From: an uncultured SAR86 cluster bacterium
GTDB lineage: Bacteria; Pseudomonadota; Gammaproteobacteria; Magnimaribacterales; AG-339-G14
Direction of reading: 5' to 3'
DNA length: 64,000 nt
Assembly (NCBI GenBank): GCA_902596665.1
Contig: CACJUN010000001.1
Location: forward strand, 131,680 to 195,679
Each line of letters opens with the position of its first letter. The stretch's first letter is position 1. This document shows positions 18,898 through 29,018 of the stretch, in pieces. The notes beneath the pieces are model-generated. The model was not told the DNA's origin. It saw nothing but the letters and a program-made list of their open reading frames with translations, and searched no databases. Made by a program: the position numbers and the translations under genes.

Positions 18898-21717
18898 TTA
18901 TTGGCAAGCTTCGCACTCTTCGTCGTCAATAGTGCTTGGATTGTTTACTGCAACTGCAGCTTGAACTTTATTCAATTCTGAATTCGATATGGTAGATTTC
19001 TCTGATGTAGTTGCTCCTTTAGATCTTAAATAGTAGGTTGTTTTTAGACCTCTCAACCAAGCCATCTTATACATTACATCTAGTTTCTTTCCGTTTGGTT
19101 CCGCAACATAAAGGTTTAGAGATTGACTTTGATCTATCCATTTTTGTCTTCTACTCGCAGACTCAATAAGCCATTTAGGTTCAATTTCAAAAGATGTTGC
19201 AAAAATTCTCTTAATTTCATCTGGGACCCTGCTAATTGTTTCTAAGCTGCCATTTAAGTTTTTAAGGTCATAAACCATAACCTCGTCCCACATATCTATT
19301 TCTTTCAATGCGTTGACCAAGTTTTCATTAATTACTGTAAATTCCCCTGATAGATTTGATTTAACAAAAAGATTTGAGTAGGTTGGTTCTATCGACTGAG
19401 TGACTCCGGTAATGTTTGCAATTGTTGCAGTTGGAGCAATTGCCATCACATTTGAATTTCTAATACCTTGTTTTTTGACCTTTTCTTTTAACGTATCCCA
19501 GTCCATTTTTTTCTCTTCATTTTGATCGAGAAATCCTTCTGTTCTATGTTTTTTTAAGATGGATATTGAATCGATAGGAAATATACCCTGACTCCACAAA
19601 GATCCTTCATAAGAACTGTAAGATCCTCTCTCTTTTGCAAGATCAGACGAGGCCTCAATAGCAAAATAGCTAACTGTTTCCATTGAGTCATCTGCTAACT
19701 CAACTGCTTCGTCAGAAGAGTAGGGTATTTTTTTTATTTGCAGGATGTCTTGAAAACCCATTATCCCAAGACCTATTGGTCTATGTTTAAAGTTAGAGTT
19801 TTCTGCTTGCGGAACCGCGTAATAATTTATGTCTATTACGTTGTCTAACATTCTTATAGCGGTTGATATTGTTTTCTGAAGTTTTTCTTTATCTAGGTTG
19901 TTATCTTTATCCAAATGATTTTTTAAATTTACTGAACCTAGGTTACAGACCGCAATTTCATCTTGGGATGTATTCAGTGTTATTTCCGTGCACAGATTAG
20001 ATGAATGGATTACGCCTGTGTGTTGTTGTGGCGATCTTAAATTGCAGGCATCTTTGAAGGTTAGCCAAGGATGACCTGTCTCAAAAAGCATTGAAATTAT
20101 TTTTCTCCAGAGTTCTTCAGCATCTACTTCTTTGTGAGCCTTTATATTTCCTTTTTTTGCCTCCTCCTCATATTTTTCATACTGTTCCTTAAACTCATTA
20201 CCCGTTAAGTCATGTAAATCTTTCGCTTCATTTGGAGAAAAAAGAGTCCAGGTTTCTTTGTTCATAACTCTCTCCATGAACAGGTCAGGTATCCAGTTAG
20301 CAGTATTCATATCGTGAGTTCTTCTTCTATCGTCTCCAGTGTTTTTTCTCAGTTCCAGAAATTCTTCTATATCAAGGTGCCATGTTTCTAAATAAGCGCA
20401 TACTGCACCTTTTCTTTTTCCGCCTTGATTCACTGCTACAGCAGTATCATTTACAACTTTTAAGAAAGGAACAACACCTTGCGACCTACCATTAGTTCCT
20501 TTTATGTGCGCTCCCATTCCCCTAACTGGAGTCCAGTCATTTCCTAGGCCTCCTGCCCATTTAGAAAGCATTGCGTTGTCTCTCATTGCTCCATAGATAC
20601 CATAAAGATCATCAGGCACAGTTGTTAGATAGCATGATGACAATTGAGAATGAAGAGTTCCTGAATTAAACAATGTTGGCGTAGAACTCATATAGTCGAA
20701 ACTCGATAAAAGCTTATAAAATTCTATGGCTTTTTCTTCTTTGTTTTCTTCGTTTAGAGCTAAGCCCATGGATACCCTCATAAAGAAAACTTGAGGTAAT
20801 TCAAATCTAACTTCATCGCTATGGATAAAATATCTGTCATAAAGTGTTTGAAGTCCGAGATAAGTAAATAAGTTATCTCTCTCTGGCATTATTTCTTTGC
20901 CTAGTTTTTCTAAATCCATCTCTGCGAGCTTTGGATTTAACAATTTCAACTCTATGCCTTTTGTTATGAATGAAGATAAGGCCTTTGGATATAAATCTTT
21001 CATATCTTCTTGAAGAGCATCTTTATCTAAGTCTAGGAAACTGAGAGCTTCATATCTTAATGAATCTAGTAAAATTCTTGCTGTTGCAAAAGTATAATTA
21101 GGTTCTTTTTCAACTAAGGCTCGAGAAGCAAGAATCATTGCTTGTTTAATTTCCTCTTCTGGAGCGCCTTCGTATAGGTTTTTTTCAGCTTCGGTAACTA
21201 TCTGATCTGGATTTGTTCCATCTAAGCCTTCACAAGCTTCAGTTGCCACTTTATTAATTCTTGCAACTCCCTTCAGAGGCTCCTCTTTTACCTCTTCTTG
21301 AGAATCTAAGAGTTCTTCTTTTCTAACTTTAGCTCTTGCTTCTCTATATAAAATATATTCTCTAGCAACTTTTCTTTCGTCGGATCTCATCAGCTCTAGC
21401 TCAACTTGATCTTGCACTTCTTCTATGTGGATGGTTCCTCCAGACGGCATTCTATTCCTAAAAGTTGTTTCTACTTTTTTGGATAGTTCATCAACCTTTT
21501 GATGCACACTTGAGGAAGCAGCAGCAGTGCTGCTGTAGACGGCTAAAAAAGCTTTTGTTATTGCTACTTCTATTTTAGAAACATCAAAAAGTACTACTTT
21601 TCCATTTCTTTTAATGATTCTAAGTTGTCCTGGCTTAAGTTCATCGAGAGGAATGCTCTCTGAGATTTTTGTTTCTTTTATACTTTCTGTTTGTTCTGTT
21701 GCTTTTGTTTCTTCCAC
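18898..21717 (-). CDS. nrdA: ribonucleotide reductase class Ia alpha subunit with tandem N-terminal ATP cones
   Basis: IIKRNG cone plus degenerate second cone, TPTLFNSG, SSCYL, SNLCTEI, CNLGS, LKTTYYLR, CEACQ; GTG start. Confidence 0.96.
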   Translation of the reverse strand: MEETKATEQTESIKETKISESIPLDELKPGQLRIIKRNGKVVLFDVSKIEVAITKAFLAVYSSTAAASSSVHQKVDELSKKVETTFRNRMPSGGTIHIEEVQDQVELELMRSDERKVAREYILYREARAKVRKEELLDSQEEVKEEPLKGVARINKVATEACEGLDGTNPDQIVTEAEKNLYEGAPEEEIKQAMILASRALVEKEPNYTFATARILLDSLRYEALSFLDLDKDALQEDMKDLYPKALSSFITKGIELKLLNPKLAEMDLEKLGKEIMPERDNLFTYLGLQTLYDRYFIHSDEVRFELPQVFFMRVSMGLALNEENKEEKAIEFYKLLSSFDYMSSTPTLFNSGTLHSQLSSCYLTTVPDDLYGIYGAMRDNAMLSKWAGGLGNDWTPVRGMGAHIKGTNGRSQGVVPFLKVVNDTAVAVNQGGKRKGAVCAYLETWHLDIEEFLELRKNTGDDRRRTHDMNTANWIPDLFMERVMNKETWTLFSPNEAKDLHDLTGNEFKEQYEKYEEEAKKGNIKAHKEVDAEELWRKIISMLFETGHPWLTFKDACNLRSPQQHTGVIHSSNLCTEITLNTSQDEIAVCNLGSVNLKNHLDKDNNLDKEKLQKTISTAIRMLDNVIDINYYAVPQAENSNFKHRPIGLGIMGFQDILQIKKIPYSSDEAVELADDSMETVSYFAIEASSDLAKERGSYSSYEGSLWSQGIFPIDSISILKKHRTEGFLDQNEEKKMDWDTLKEKVKKQGIRNSNVMAIAPTATIANITGVTQSIEPTYSNLFVKSNLSGEFTVINENLVNALKEIDMWDEVMVYDLKNLNGSLETISRVPDEIKRIFATSFEIEPKWLIESASRRQKWIDQSQSLNLYVAEPNGKKLDVMYKMAWLRGLKTTYYLRSKGATTSEKSTISNSELNKVQAAVAVNNPSTIDDEECEACQ

Positions 21718-21775
21718 TGAAACACCCCAATAATTGGTTTTATAGTCTTTTTGGCTGCTTATAATCCTTAATGAA

Positions 21776-21823
21776 ACACAAGATGTTGTGGTTATAAGAT
21801 CCTAGAAACACAAGATAAAGTGT
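21776..21823. promoter_or_regulatory. tandem NrdR boxes
   Basis: ACACAAGATGTTGTGG (21776-21791) and ACACAAGATAAAGTGT (21808-21823), 32 bp apart, upstream of nrdA; fit acaCwAtATaTwGtgt. Confidence 0.8.
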
Positions 21824-21871
21824 TTTTCTCAAAAAATCAATAGAAAAACCTTTAAAAAACACTTAATTTCT

Positions 21872-21880
21872 TGTGGATAA
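21872..21880 (-). promoter_or_regulatory. perfect DnaA box upstream of nrdAB
   Basis: TGTGGATAA (= TTATCCACA on the minus strand). Confidence 0.65.
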
Positions 21881-21905
21881 TGCTAAATTGTACAAACCTC
21901 AAAAG

Positions 21906-23345
21906 ATGAAATATTTTTTAGTAATAGATCAGGGGACATCCAGCACAAGAGCAATTCTTTTTGATGAGAAATTTGTCGTGGTAAATGTTTCTCAAACCGA
22001 ATTTAAACAATTTTTTCCAAAAGATGGATGGGTTGAGCATGATGCTAATGAAATTTTTGACACGGTTGTAGGCTGCATCAAAGACGTAATGAAAAAGTCC
22101 GAAACAACCCATAACGAAATCATAGCAATTGGAATCACGAATCAAAGAGAAACATGTCTTTTATGGGATAAGAAAGGCAATCCCTTAGGCAAAGCAATTG
22201 TTTGGCAAGACAGAAGAACCGCGGAACTTTGTAATAAATTTAAAAGAGAAGGGCTAGACAAAAAAATTAATCAAATTACTGGCCTGCTGCCTGACCCTTA
22301 TTTCTCAGGTACAAAGTTAAGCTGGCTATTAGAAGATACTGAGACTCCAAAAGACTTTTTCATGGGGACGATCGATACTTTCCTAGTTTGGAAGCTAACA
22401 GAGGGCAGGTCTTATTCCGTTGATGCCACAAATGCCTCTAGAACTCTATTGATGGATATAAACAATGTTTCGTGGTCAGAAGAAATGTGTAATTTACTTA
22501 ATATACCTATTGATAGATTGCCAGAAATCAAAAATTCTGCCGATGAATATGGAGAAACCTCTCTGTTTGGCGGGAAAATCAAAATTTCCGGTATAGCTGG
22601 AGATCAACAAGCAGCTTTACTTGGACAAGGTTGCTTTAAAGTAGGAGAAGCCAAAAGCACTTATGGGACGGGCTGTTTTATGATGCTGAATACTGGACCA
22701 GACGTAAAGCTTTCTAAATCTAAACTGCTTTCCACAATAGGATATCAAATTGATGGGAAAGTAAGTTACGCGCTCGAAGGAAGTATATTTATGGCTGGCG
22801 CTTCTGTTCAATGGCTAAGGGATAATTTAGAGTTTTTCCCCTCCGCCCCGGAAATAGAGAATTTAGCAAAAAATTCGAATAAGAATTCAAATGTTTCCTT
22901 TATCCCAGCATTTACAGGCCTTGGAGCACCTTATTGGGATCCAGAAGCCAGAGGGGCTATTTTTGGGTTATCCAGAGAGACAACAAAAAATGATATTTCT
23001 CAAGCCCTCCTTGAAGCAATTGCATTTCAAACAAAAGATGTTTTTGAATGCATGTCTTCTGATGGAGTAGACCTGAGGTCCCTCAAAATTGATGGCGGAA
23101 TGGTAGAAAATAAATATTTCAATCAAATTTTAGCGGATGTACTAAATTTAAAAATTCTTTTGCCGGATAATAAAGAGGCAACAGCAAAAGGAGCTGCTTT
23201 TCTAGCTTCCTTGGGCTCCAAACATACGAACTCGCTGTCCGACCTCGACGAATTTGTTGGATCGTACGAACAGTTCACTCCGCTGGAATCTAGAGACAGC
23301 AAATATCAGAGCTGGAAGAATTTAGTTACTAAGATTTTAGCTTAG
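21906..23345 (+). CDS. glpK: glycerol kinase
   Basis: IDQGTSSTRA, GITNQRET, WQDRRT, DATNASRT, GDQQAAL, KSTYGTG, YALEGS, FTGLGAPYWD; ATG 21906 preferred over track start 21873. Confidence 0.95.
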   Translation: MKYFLVIDQGTSSTRAILFDEKFVVVNVSQTEFKQFFPKDGWVEHDANEIFDTVVGCIKDVMKKSETTHNEIIAIGITNQRETCLLWDKKGNPLGKAIVWQDRRTAELCNKFKREGLDKKINQITGLLPDPYFSGTKLSWLLEDTETPKDFFMGTIDTFLVWKLTEGRSYSVDATNASRTLLMDINNVSWSEEMCNLLNIPIDRLPEIKNSADEYGETSLFGGKIKISGIAGDQQAALLGQGCFKVGEAKSTYGTGCFMMLNTGPDVKLSKSKLLSTIGYQIDGKVSYALEGSIFMAGASVQWLRDNLEFFPSAPEIENLAKNSNKNSNVSFIPAFTGLGAPYWDPEARGAIFGLSRETTKNDISQALLEAIAFQTKDVFECMSSDGVDLRSLKIDGGMVENKYFNQILADVLNLKILLPDNKEATAKGAAFLASLGSKHTNSLSDLDEFVGSYEQFTPLESRDSKYQSWKNLVTKILA

Positions 23346-24218
23346 TAAATTCTCAATCAATGCTTCTTGAACGTGCATTCTGTTCTCTGCTTGTTGTAAA
23401 ACTTTACTCGAAGGATGTTCCATTAGTTCAAATGTAATTTCTTGACCTCTATGGGCAGGAAGACAGTGAAGGAAGATGCTTTCTTTACCTGTATTTTCAA
23501 TAAGACCAGTATCAACAAAATATCCTTGAAAAGCTCTTTCTTTAGTTTTTTCATCCCCCATAGAGACCCAAACATCTGTGGTAATTATGTCAGCTCCTTT
23601 TGCTGCTTCTTCTCGGGAATTAGCAAAACTGGAATTTTCCTTTGCATAATTGAGGAAAGAAGGGTCAGGTGAATATTCTTTAGGACAATAAATAGAGAGC
23701 TCAAAATCTAATATCTTTGATGCTTCGACGTATGAGTTACATACGTTATTACCATCTCCAATCCAGCAAACTTTTTCAAGTTCATTCGCTGAATTTTCCT
23801 TGAAAGTCATCAAGTCTGCTAATATTTGGCAAGGATGAGATAAATCTGAGAGAGCATTAATTACAGGAACAGAAGAATTAGCTGCAAACATTTCTAATGT
23901 CTCATGCTTATCAACTCTTAAGGCAATTACATCCAACATAGAAGATGCTACTTTTGCTGTATCAGACACTGGTTCTCCTCTAGATAACTGTAGATCAGAT
24001 GAGGACATGAATATTGCATTTCCACCCAAGTTTAAAATTCCTGATTCGAAAGAAATTCTTGTTCTCGTAGAAGGCTTTTCAAAAATTAGACCTAACTTTG
24101 AGCCAACTAGGGTCTTTTCTTTTTGTTTCTGACTTTTCCTTTCAATAGCTCTATCTAAGACATTCAAAATATCTTGATTAGATAAATCTCTAAGATTTAA
24201 GAAATGTTTTGTCGTCAT
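23337..24218 (-). CDS. argF: ornithine carbamoyltransferase
   Basis: FEKPSTRTR, HPCQILAD, GDGNNV, TDVWVSMG, HCLPAHRG, QAENR. Confidence 0.93.
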   Translation of the reverse strand: MTTKHFLNLRDLSNQDILNVLDRAIERKSQKQKEKTLVGSKLGLIFEKPSTRTRISFESGILNLGGNAIFMSSSDLQLSRGEPVSDTAKVASSMLDVIALRVDKHETLEMFAANSSVPVINALSDLSHPCQILADLMTFKENSANELEKVCWIGDGNNVCNSYVEASKILDFELSIYCPKEYSPDPSFLNYAKENSSFANSREEAAKGADIITTDVWVSMGDEKTKERAFQGYFVDTGLIENTGKESIFLHCLPAHRGQEITFELMEHPSSKVLQQAENRMHVQEALIENLLS

Positions 24219-24281
24219 AGATAATGCGGGATAGAATCTTAGCTTTCAAAAATAATACTATAGATAAAAACAAAAAACCTT

Positions 24282-25469
24282 ATGAATTACAAAGTTAAAA
24301 CTATTAATAATATTTCCGATAAGGGTTTGGATATCCTTAAAAATAAAGGTTACGCAGTTGGAGAAGAAGAATCTGAACCTGACGCCATAATTTTAAGAAG
24401 CCATAAATTACAAATGAGCGAAATTCCTTCATCGGTTAAAGCAATAGTCAGAGCAGGAGCAGGAGTTAACAACATTCCTGTTGAAGAGTGTTCACAAATT
24501 GGTATTCCTGTCTTCAATACACCAGGAGCGAATGCTAATGCAGTTAAGGAAATGGTTTTAGCTGCTTTATTGATGTCATCTAGAGGAATATTTGATGGTG
24601 TGAAGTTTGTTCATGGAATTGAAGACGTTTCAAAAGAAAACTTGAAAGCTCATATTGAAAGTGGAAAAAAATCATTTAAGGGTAGAGAACTTAAAGATGG
24701 ATGTTTAGGAGTAGTGGGTATGGGTGCAATTGGCGCCAAGGTAGCAGAAATGGGGGTAATGTTAGGCATGAGAGTGATTGGCTTTGATCCTCAGATCACA
24801 GTTGAGGCAGCATGGGCGCTTCCAAATGAAGTAGAACGTAAAGAGACAATAGAAGAGATATTTAAAGAGTCTGACTATGTGACTCTTCATGTTCCAGCAA
24901 ATGAACATACAACAGGAATGATAAATAAGGACCTTCTCTCACATAGCAATAAAGGATTGAGATTAATTAATTTTGCGAGAGACGAGATTGTTAACAGTGA
25001 AGCCATAATTGATGCTTTAGAAAACGATAAACTCAATAAATATGTTACGGATTTTGCCGATTTACCCTTAATAGAGCGATCTAAGTCAAACGAGGATGTC
25101 GTTTTATTGCCTCATATCGGGGCTAGCACAATGCAAGCGGAAGAAAATTGCTCAGTTATGGCAGCGAATCAAATAATTAACTTTCTAGAACATGGAAATA
25201 TTAAAAATTCAGTAAATTATCCGCAAATCATTGAACCCATGGAAACAAGTTATAGGCTAACCATTGCTAATAAGAACGTTTCTGGAATGATAGGAAAAAT
25301 TACGGCAATTATTGCTGAAGAAGGCTTAAATATCATTGATATGAAGAATAGAAGTAGAGATGATATTGCTTACAATGTAATCGATCTGGACTCAGAGCCA
25401 TCAACTAAATCAATTGAAGCCATAAAAGGCGAAGAAAACATAATAAATGTGAGGCAAATTAATGGATAA
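24282..25469 (+). CDS. serA: D-3-phosphoglycerate dehydrogenase with ACT domain
   Basis: RAGAGVNNI, FNTPGANANAVKE, GMGAIG, LPHIGAST..AEENC. Confidence 0.85.
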   Translation: MNYKVKTINNISDKGLDILKNKGYAVGEEESEPDAIILRSHKLQMSEIPSSVKAIVRAGAGVNNIPVEECSQIGIPVFNTPGANANAVKEMVLAALLMSSRGIFDGVKFVHGIEDVSKENLKAHIESGKKSFKGRELKDGCLGVVGMGAIGAKVAEMGVMLGMRVIGFDPQITVEAAWALPNEVERKETIEEIFKESDYVTLHVPANEHTTGMINKDLLSHSNKGLRLINFARDEIVNSEAIIDALENDKLNKYVTDFADLPLIERSKSNEDVVLLPHIGASTMQAEENCSVMAANQIINFLEHGNIKNSVNYPQIIEPMETSYRLTIANKNVSGMIGKITAIIAEEGLNIIDMKNRSRDDIAYNVIDLDSEPSTKSIEAIKGEENIINVRQING

Positions 25470-26220
25470 GAAAGTTGCAATCATCACGGGCGGTAGTAGA
25501 GGTGTCGGAGCTGATTTAGCGAAACTATGTGCAGAGAAAGGCTGGAATATGACAATCACTTGTTCTAATTCAATTGATGACGCAAAGAATGTTGCCAAAG
25601 AGTGCGAAAAACTGGGATCTGAAGTCCTTGTATTGCAATCAGATGTTTCTTTAGATAAAGATTGTGAGGAAACAGTTTCTAAAACAATAGAAAAGTGGGG
25701 CAGGCTTGATTCTCTGGTAAATAATGCTGGGAAAACTAAGTTTAATGCTCATCATAATTTGGAAGGATTATCTTCGGATGATTTTATTGATCTTTATTCC
25801 ACTAATACTGTAGGCCCTTATCAAATGATTAAATATGCTAAAGATCATCTCATGAAAGCTGAAAGCCCAAGCATTGTTAATATTGCCTCTATTGCTGGCG
25901 TTATGGGGATTGGAAGCTCGGTTGCATATGCTGCATCAAAAGGGGCGTTAATAAATATGACTAAATCTTTAGCAAGGGCGCTTGGTCCTATTAGGATAAA
26001 TGCTATTTGTCCTGGTTTTATCCAAGGAGACTGGCTGAGAGGCGGGCTAGGCGATGAAGCCTATGAATTAACAAAAAAATCTATTGAGGATATGGCTCCA
26101 TTAAGCCTAACTTGCACACCAAGACAGGTTGCAGAGACCACATTTCATTTTATGACAGAATCGGTGACCGTAACTGGAGAGACTTTGATCTTAGATGGAG
26201 GTATGCACCTAGGGCGCTAA
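25462..26220 (+). CDS. short-chain dehydrogenase/reductase
   Basis: TGGSRGVG, NNAG, YAASK, NAICPG. Confidence 0.9.
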   Translation: MDKKVAIITGGSRGVGADLAKLCAEKGWNMTITCSNSIDDAKNVAKECEKLGSEVLVLQSDVSLDKDCEETVSKTIEKWGRLDSLVNNAGKTKFNAHHNLEGLSSDDFIDLYSTNTVGPYQMIKYAKDHLMKAESPSIVNIASIAGVMGIGSSVAYAASKGALINMTKSLARALGPIRINAICPGFIQGDWLRGGLGDEAYELTKKSIEDMAPLSLTCTPRQVAETTFHFMTESVTVTGETLILDGGMHLGR

Positions 26221-26221
26221 A

Positions 26222-27313
26222 TTAATAATAATTCTCTGCGTGCTTCTTTGAAAAGGGAATAACTTCATCGTAACGACCTTCTTTAACTTTATTAACCCAT
26301 TCAGGGTCCGAGAGTAAAGCTCTGCCCACAGCAACCATATCAAATTCCTTGTCATCCATTCGTTTAACTAAATCATCAATTGGAGCTGATTTAACTTCGT
26401 CTTCTCCTTGATAAAAACCTATGAAATCTGACTCCAGACCTACACTGCCAACAGTAATGGTGGGTAAACCGGTTATTTTTTTTGTCCAACCTGCCAAATT
26501 AAGATTAGATCCCTCAAACTCTGGTTCCCAAAACCTTCTGTTGCTAGCATGAATTACATCAACTCCTGCATCAACAAGCGGTCTAAGAAGAGTCTCTAAA
26601 TCATCCTGATTTTTTGCTAACTTTGCTTCGTAGTCTTGCTGTTTCCATTGAGAAAACCTTATAGCTATGCAGAAATCATTACCTACCTTAGCTCTAGCTC
26701 TTTTTATTATTTCGGATGCAAAAGATGACCTTAATTGGATACTTCCCCCAAAACCATCTTTTCTTTGATTCGTATCTTCCCAGAAAAATTGATCTATCAA
26801 ATATCCATGAGCGCCATGTAATTCAACTCCATCAAAACCTAAATCCTTGATAATTTCGATATCTTTTACATAAATTTCGATCATATTTTCTACATCATCA
26901 GCTGTCATTTCATATGCAACCTTTTTATCTTTTCTAACTAAGCCGGAGGGAGTGAACCCCGGAACATCTGGTTCTGGCGGCAAGCCAGGTTTTCTTATTG
27001 CTCCCACATGCCAGAGTTGACAGAAAATTTTGGAATCATATTTGTGAACTTGAGATATTACGTTCCTCCAGCCTTCATGAGCTTCAGGTTTCAAACCCGG
27101 TACATCAGGATATCCACTAGAAGAAGGGTGAGATACCTCAACTCCTTCGGTGATAATAAGGCCAACACCACCCTTAGCTCTTCTTTCGTAATAGTCAGCA
27201 ACATTTTGACCAGGAATTCCACTGGGAGACTTATTCCTTGTCATTGGCGCCATGGCAAATCTATTCGGAATATCTAAGTTATTAATTTTTATAGGATTAA
27301 AAAGTGTTTCCAT
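26222..27313 (-). CDS. NADH:flavin oxidoreductase (Old Yellow Enzyme family)
   Basis: MAPMTR, QLWHVG, ELHGAHGYLIDQF, RFSQWK, VAVGRALL.DP. Confidence 0.92.
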   Translation of the reverse strand: METLFNPIKINNLDIPNRFAMAPMTRNKSPSGIPGQNVADYYERRAKGGVGLIITEGVEVSHPSSSGYPDVPGLKPEAHEGWRNVISQVHKYDSKIFCQLWHVGAIRKPGLPPEPDVPGFTPSGLVRKDKKVAYEMTADDVENMIEIYVKDIEIIKDLGFDGVELHGAHGYLIDQFFWEDTNQRKDGFGGSIQLRSSFASEIIKRARAKVGNDFCIAIRFSQWKQQDYEAKLAKNQDDLETLLRPLVDAGVDVIHASNRRFWEPEFEGSNLNLAGWTKKITGLPTITVGSVGLESDFIGFYQGEDEVKSAPIDDLVKRMDDKEFDMVAVGRALLSDPEWVNKVKEGRYDEVIPFSKKHAENYY

Positions 27314-27491
27314 GTTGTTAGTTAATTTTGTACTTGATTATTTATAAGATTATCACCTAAAAAAATCATTTTTTAAAACTATTTTGATGTTTTTTCATGT
27401 GACTTACACACATTGAAAACTTTGTAAATACCTAAAAGTGCATTTTTTAAGATTATTTGAAAATTTTTCTTACTCAATAGTCTAATTTATA

Positions 27492-27504
27492 TAAGTTATT
27501 GATT
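27492..27504 (-). promoter_or_regulatory. IHF binding site
   Basis: AATCAATAACTTA on the minus strand = exact WATCAANNNNTTR, in an AT-rich tract. Confidence 0.65.
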
Positions 27505-27590
27505 TTATTGATATTATTTATATTGATCAAAATTTGATCAAATTGACTCAAACCTTTAATTCATAGTCTATGCGTTTAATCCTGGCTTAT

Positions 27591-27625
27591 TTATCCAAAG
27601 ACTTATCCACAGTTTCTGTGGATAA
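27591..27625. promoter_or_regulatory. cluster of three DnaA boxes (DARS-like or oriC-like)
   Basis: TTATCCAAA (27591-99), TTATCCACA (27603-11), TGTGGATAA (27617-25). Confidence 0.75.
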
Positions 27626-27649
27626 AATTTTTTGATATTCTAGTGGTAA

Positions 27650-28327
27650 ATGTCCTTAAAAATTGACCTTACTCAATCGTGGCTCAATCATCTTGAAGAT
27701 GAATTTAGTAAGACATATATGATTGAAATCAAAGATTTTTTAAGAAATCAAATTAGTCAAAGAAAAACTATCTATCCACCTGGTAAAGAAATATTTAACT
27801 GCTTTAATCTTACCTCTTACGAAGACACTAAAGTAGTGATTCTGGGTCAAGATCCTTATCATGGAGCTGGTCAAGCTCACGGTTTGAGCTTTTCTGTCAA
27901 AGATAATATCTCTATACCGCCCTCGCTCAAAAATATATTTAAGGAATTAAATTCTGACTTAAAGATTAATATACCTTGTTCAGGAAATTTGACTTCTTGG
28001 GCTTTAGAGGGAGTGCTGCTCCTCAATAGCTCTCTTACAGTAGAGTCAAATAATCCGAACTCACATCAAAATATCGGATGGAAATTTTTTACAGATAAAG
28101 TAATCGAAGTTTTGGGTAATAAAAAGGATATGGTTTACATTCTTTGGGGTAAAAATGCACAACTTAAAAAATCTTTAATAAATACTCAAGAAAACTTAGT
28201 TATTGAGTCAGCGCATCCTTCACCATTTTCTGCCGATAAAGGTTTCTTTGGATCAAAGCCGTTTAGCAAAACAAATGATTACCTCATTGATAAGGGGAAG
28301 GGGCCAATTAATTGGAAATTAGTTTAA
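27650..28327 (+). CDS. ung: uracil-DNA glycosylase
   Basis: ILGQDPYHG, GLSFSV, GVLLLN, LWG, HPSPFS. Confidence 0.96.
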   Translation: MSLKIDLTQSWLNHLEDEFSKTYMIEIKDFLRNQISQRKTIYPPGKEIFNCFNLTSYEDTKVVILGQDPYHGAGQAHGLSFSVKDNISIPPSLKNIFKELNSDLKINIPCSGNLTSWALEGVLLLNSSLTVESNNPNSHQNIGWKFFTDKVIEVLGNKKDMVYILWGKNAQLKKSLINTQENLVIESAHPSPFSADKGFFGSKPFSKTNDYLIDKGKGPINWKLV

Positions 28328-28999
28328 TTCTAAAGACTTAATGCCTGTATTTTCAGTATTGTTTTTTAAGGAATCAAAATTTTTTGTTTTTCCGCTCACT
28401 AAGTATTTGCCATTTACATATTCAAGGATATTTCCAACCTTTTTATCATTTATAGTAAATACTTCATTAAATGACTTGTTTGTGTCATCAATTTCAACTC
28501 TAGCAATGGAAAAAATGCCAGGCGATCTGTAATGCATCCTTGCAATAATTTCTTGTCCAGTAAAACATCCTTTTTGAAAGTCAATTCTCCCGTTTTTATC
28601 GTATCCTAATTCTTGAGGAGTATATTTTTCAGAGTTATCTGAGTATATTTCTGGATCAAGGTTATCGATTATTGAGCTTTTCCAAGCTTCATCATCGATA
28701 TAATCACTCACATTTTCATCTCTTTCCTCAATTGATACTTTAGAGAAAACAGCATACTTTTTTAACGTATCCGCTAGTTTTTTTACAACAGATTGATGAG
28801 TGATTAAATGAAATTGGTCATTACTGATTTTTTTACATAAAAAACTAGCTATAACTCTCCCTTTTAAGTTGCAAATGGCTGAACGATCGATTTGTTCAAT
28901 TTTTTGTTTTGATACGTCTGTTGAAATCTGTCCCTGCAAGAAATCAATTGAGTCTTTTCCTTCAACTACTATAATTCTGTGATATTTTGATATGAGCAC
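28319..28999 (-). CDS. ygfZ: folate-binding protein YgfZ
   Basis: FLQGQIS.DV, KGRV, KGCFTGQEIIAR. Confidence 0.9.
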   Translation of the reverse strand: MLISKYHRIIVVEGKDSIDFLQGQISTDVSKQKIEQIDRSAICNLKGRVIASFLCKKISNDQFHLITHQSVVKKLADTLKKYAVFSKVSIEERDENVSDYIDDEAWKSSIIDNLDPEIYSDNSEKYTPQELGYDKNGRIDFQKGCFTGQEIIARMHYRSPGIFSIARVEIDDTNKSFNEVFTINDKKVGNILEYVNGKYLVSGKTKNFDSLKNNTENTGIKSLELN

Positions 29000-29018
29000 G
29001 CATGAATTTTAACAAAAT

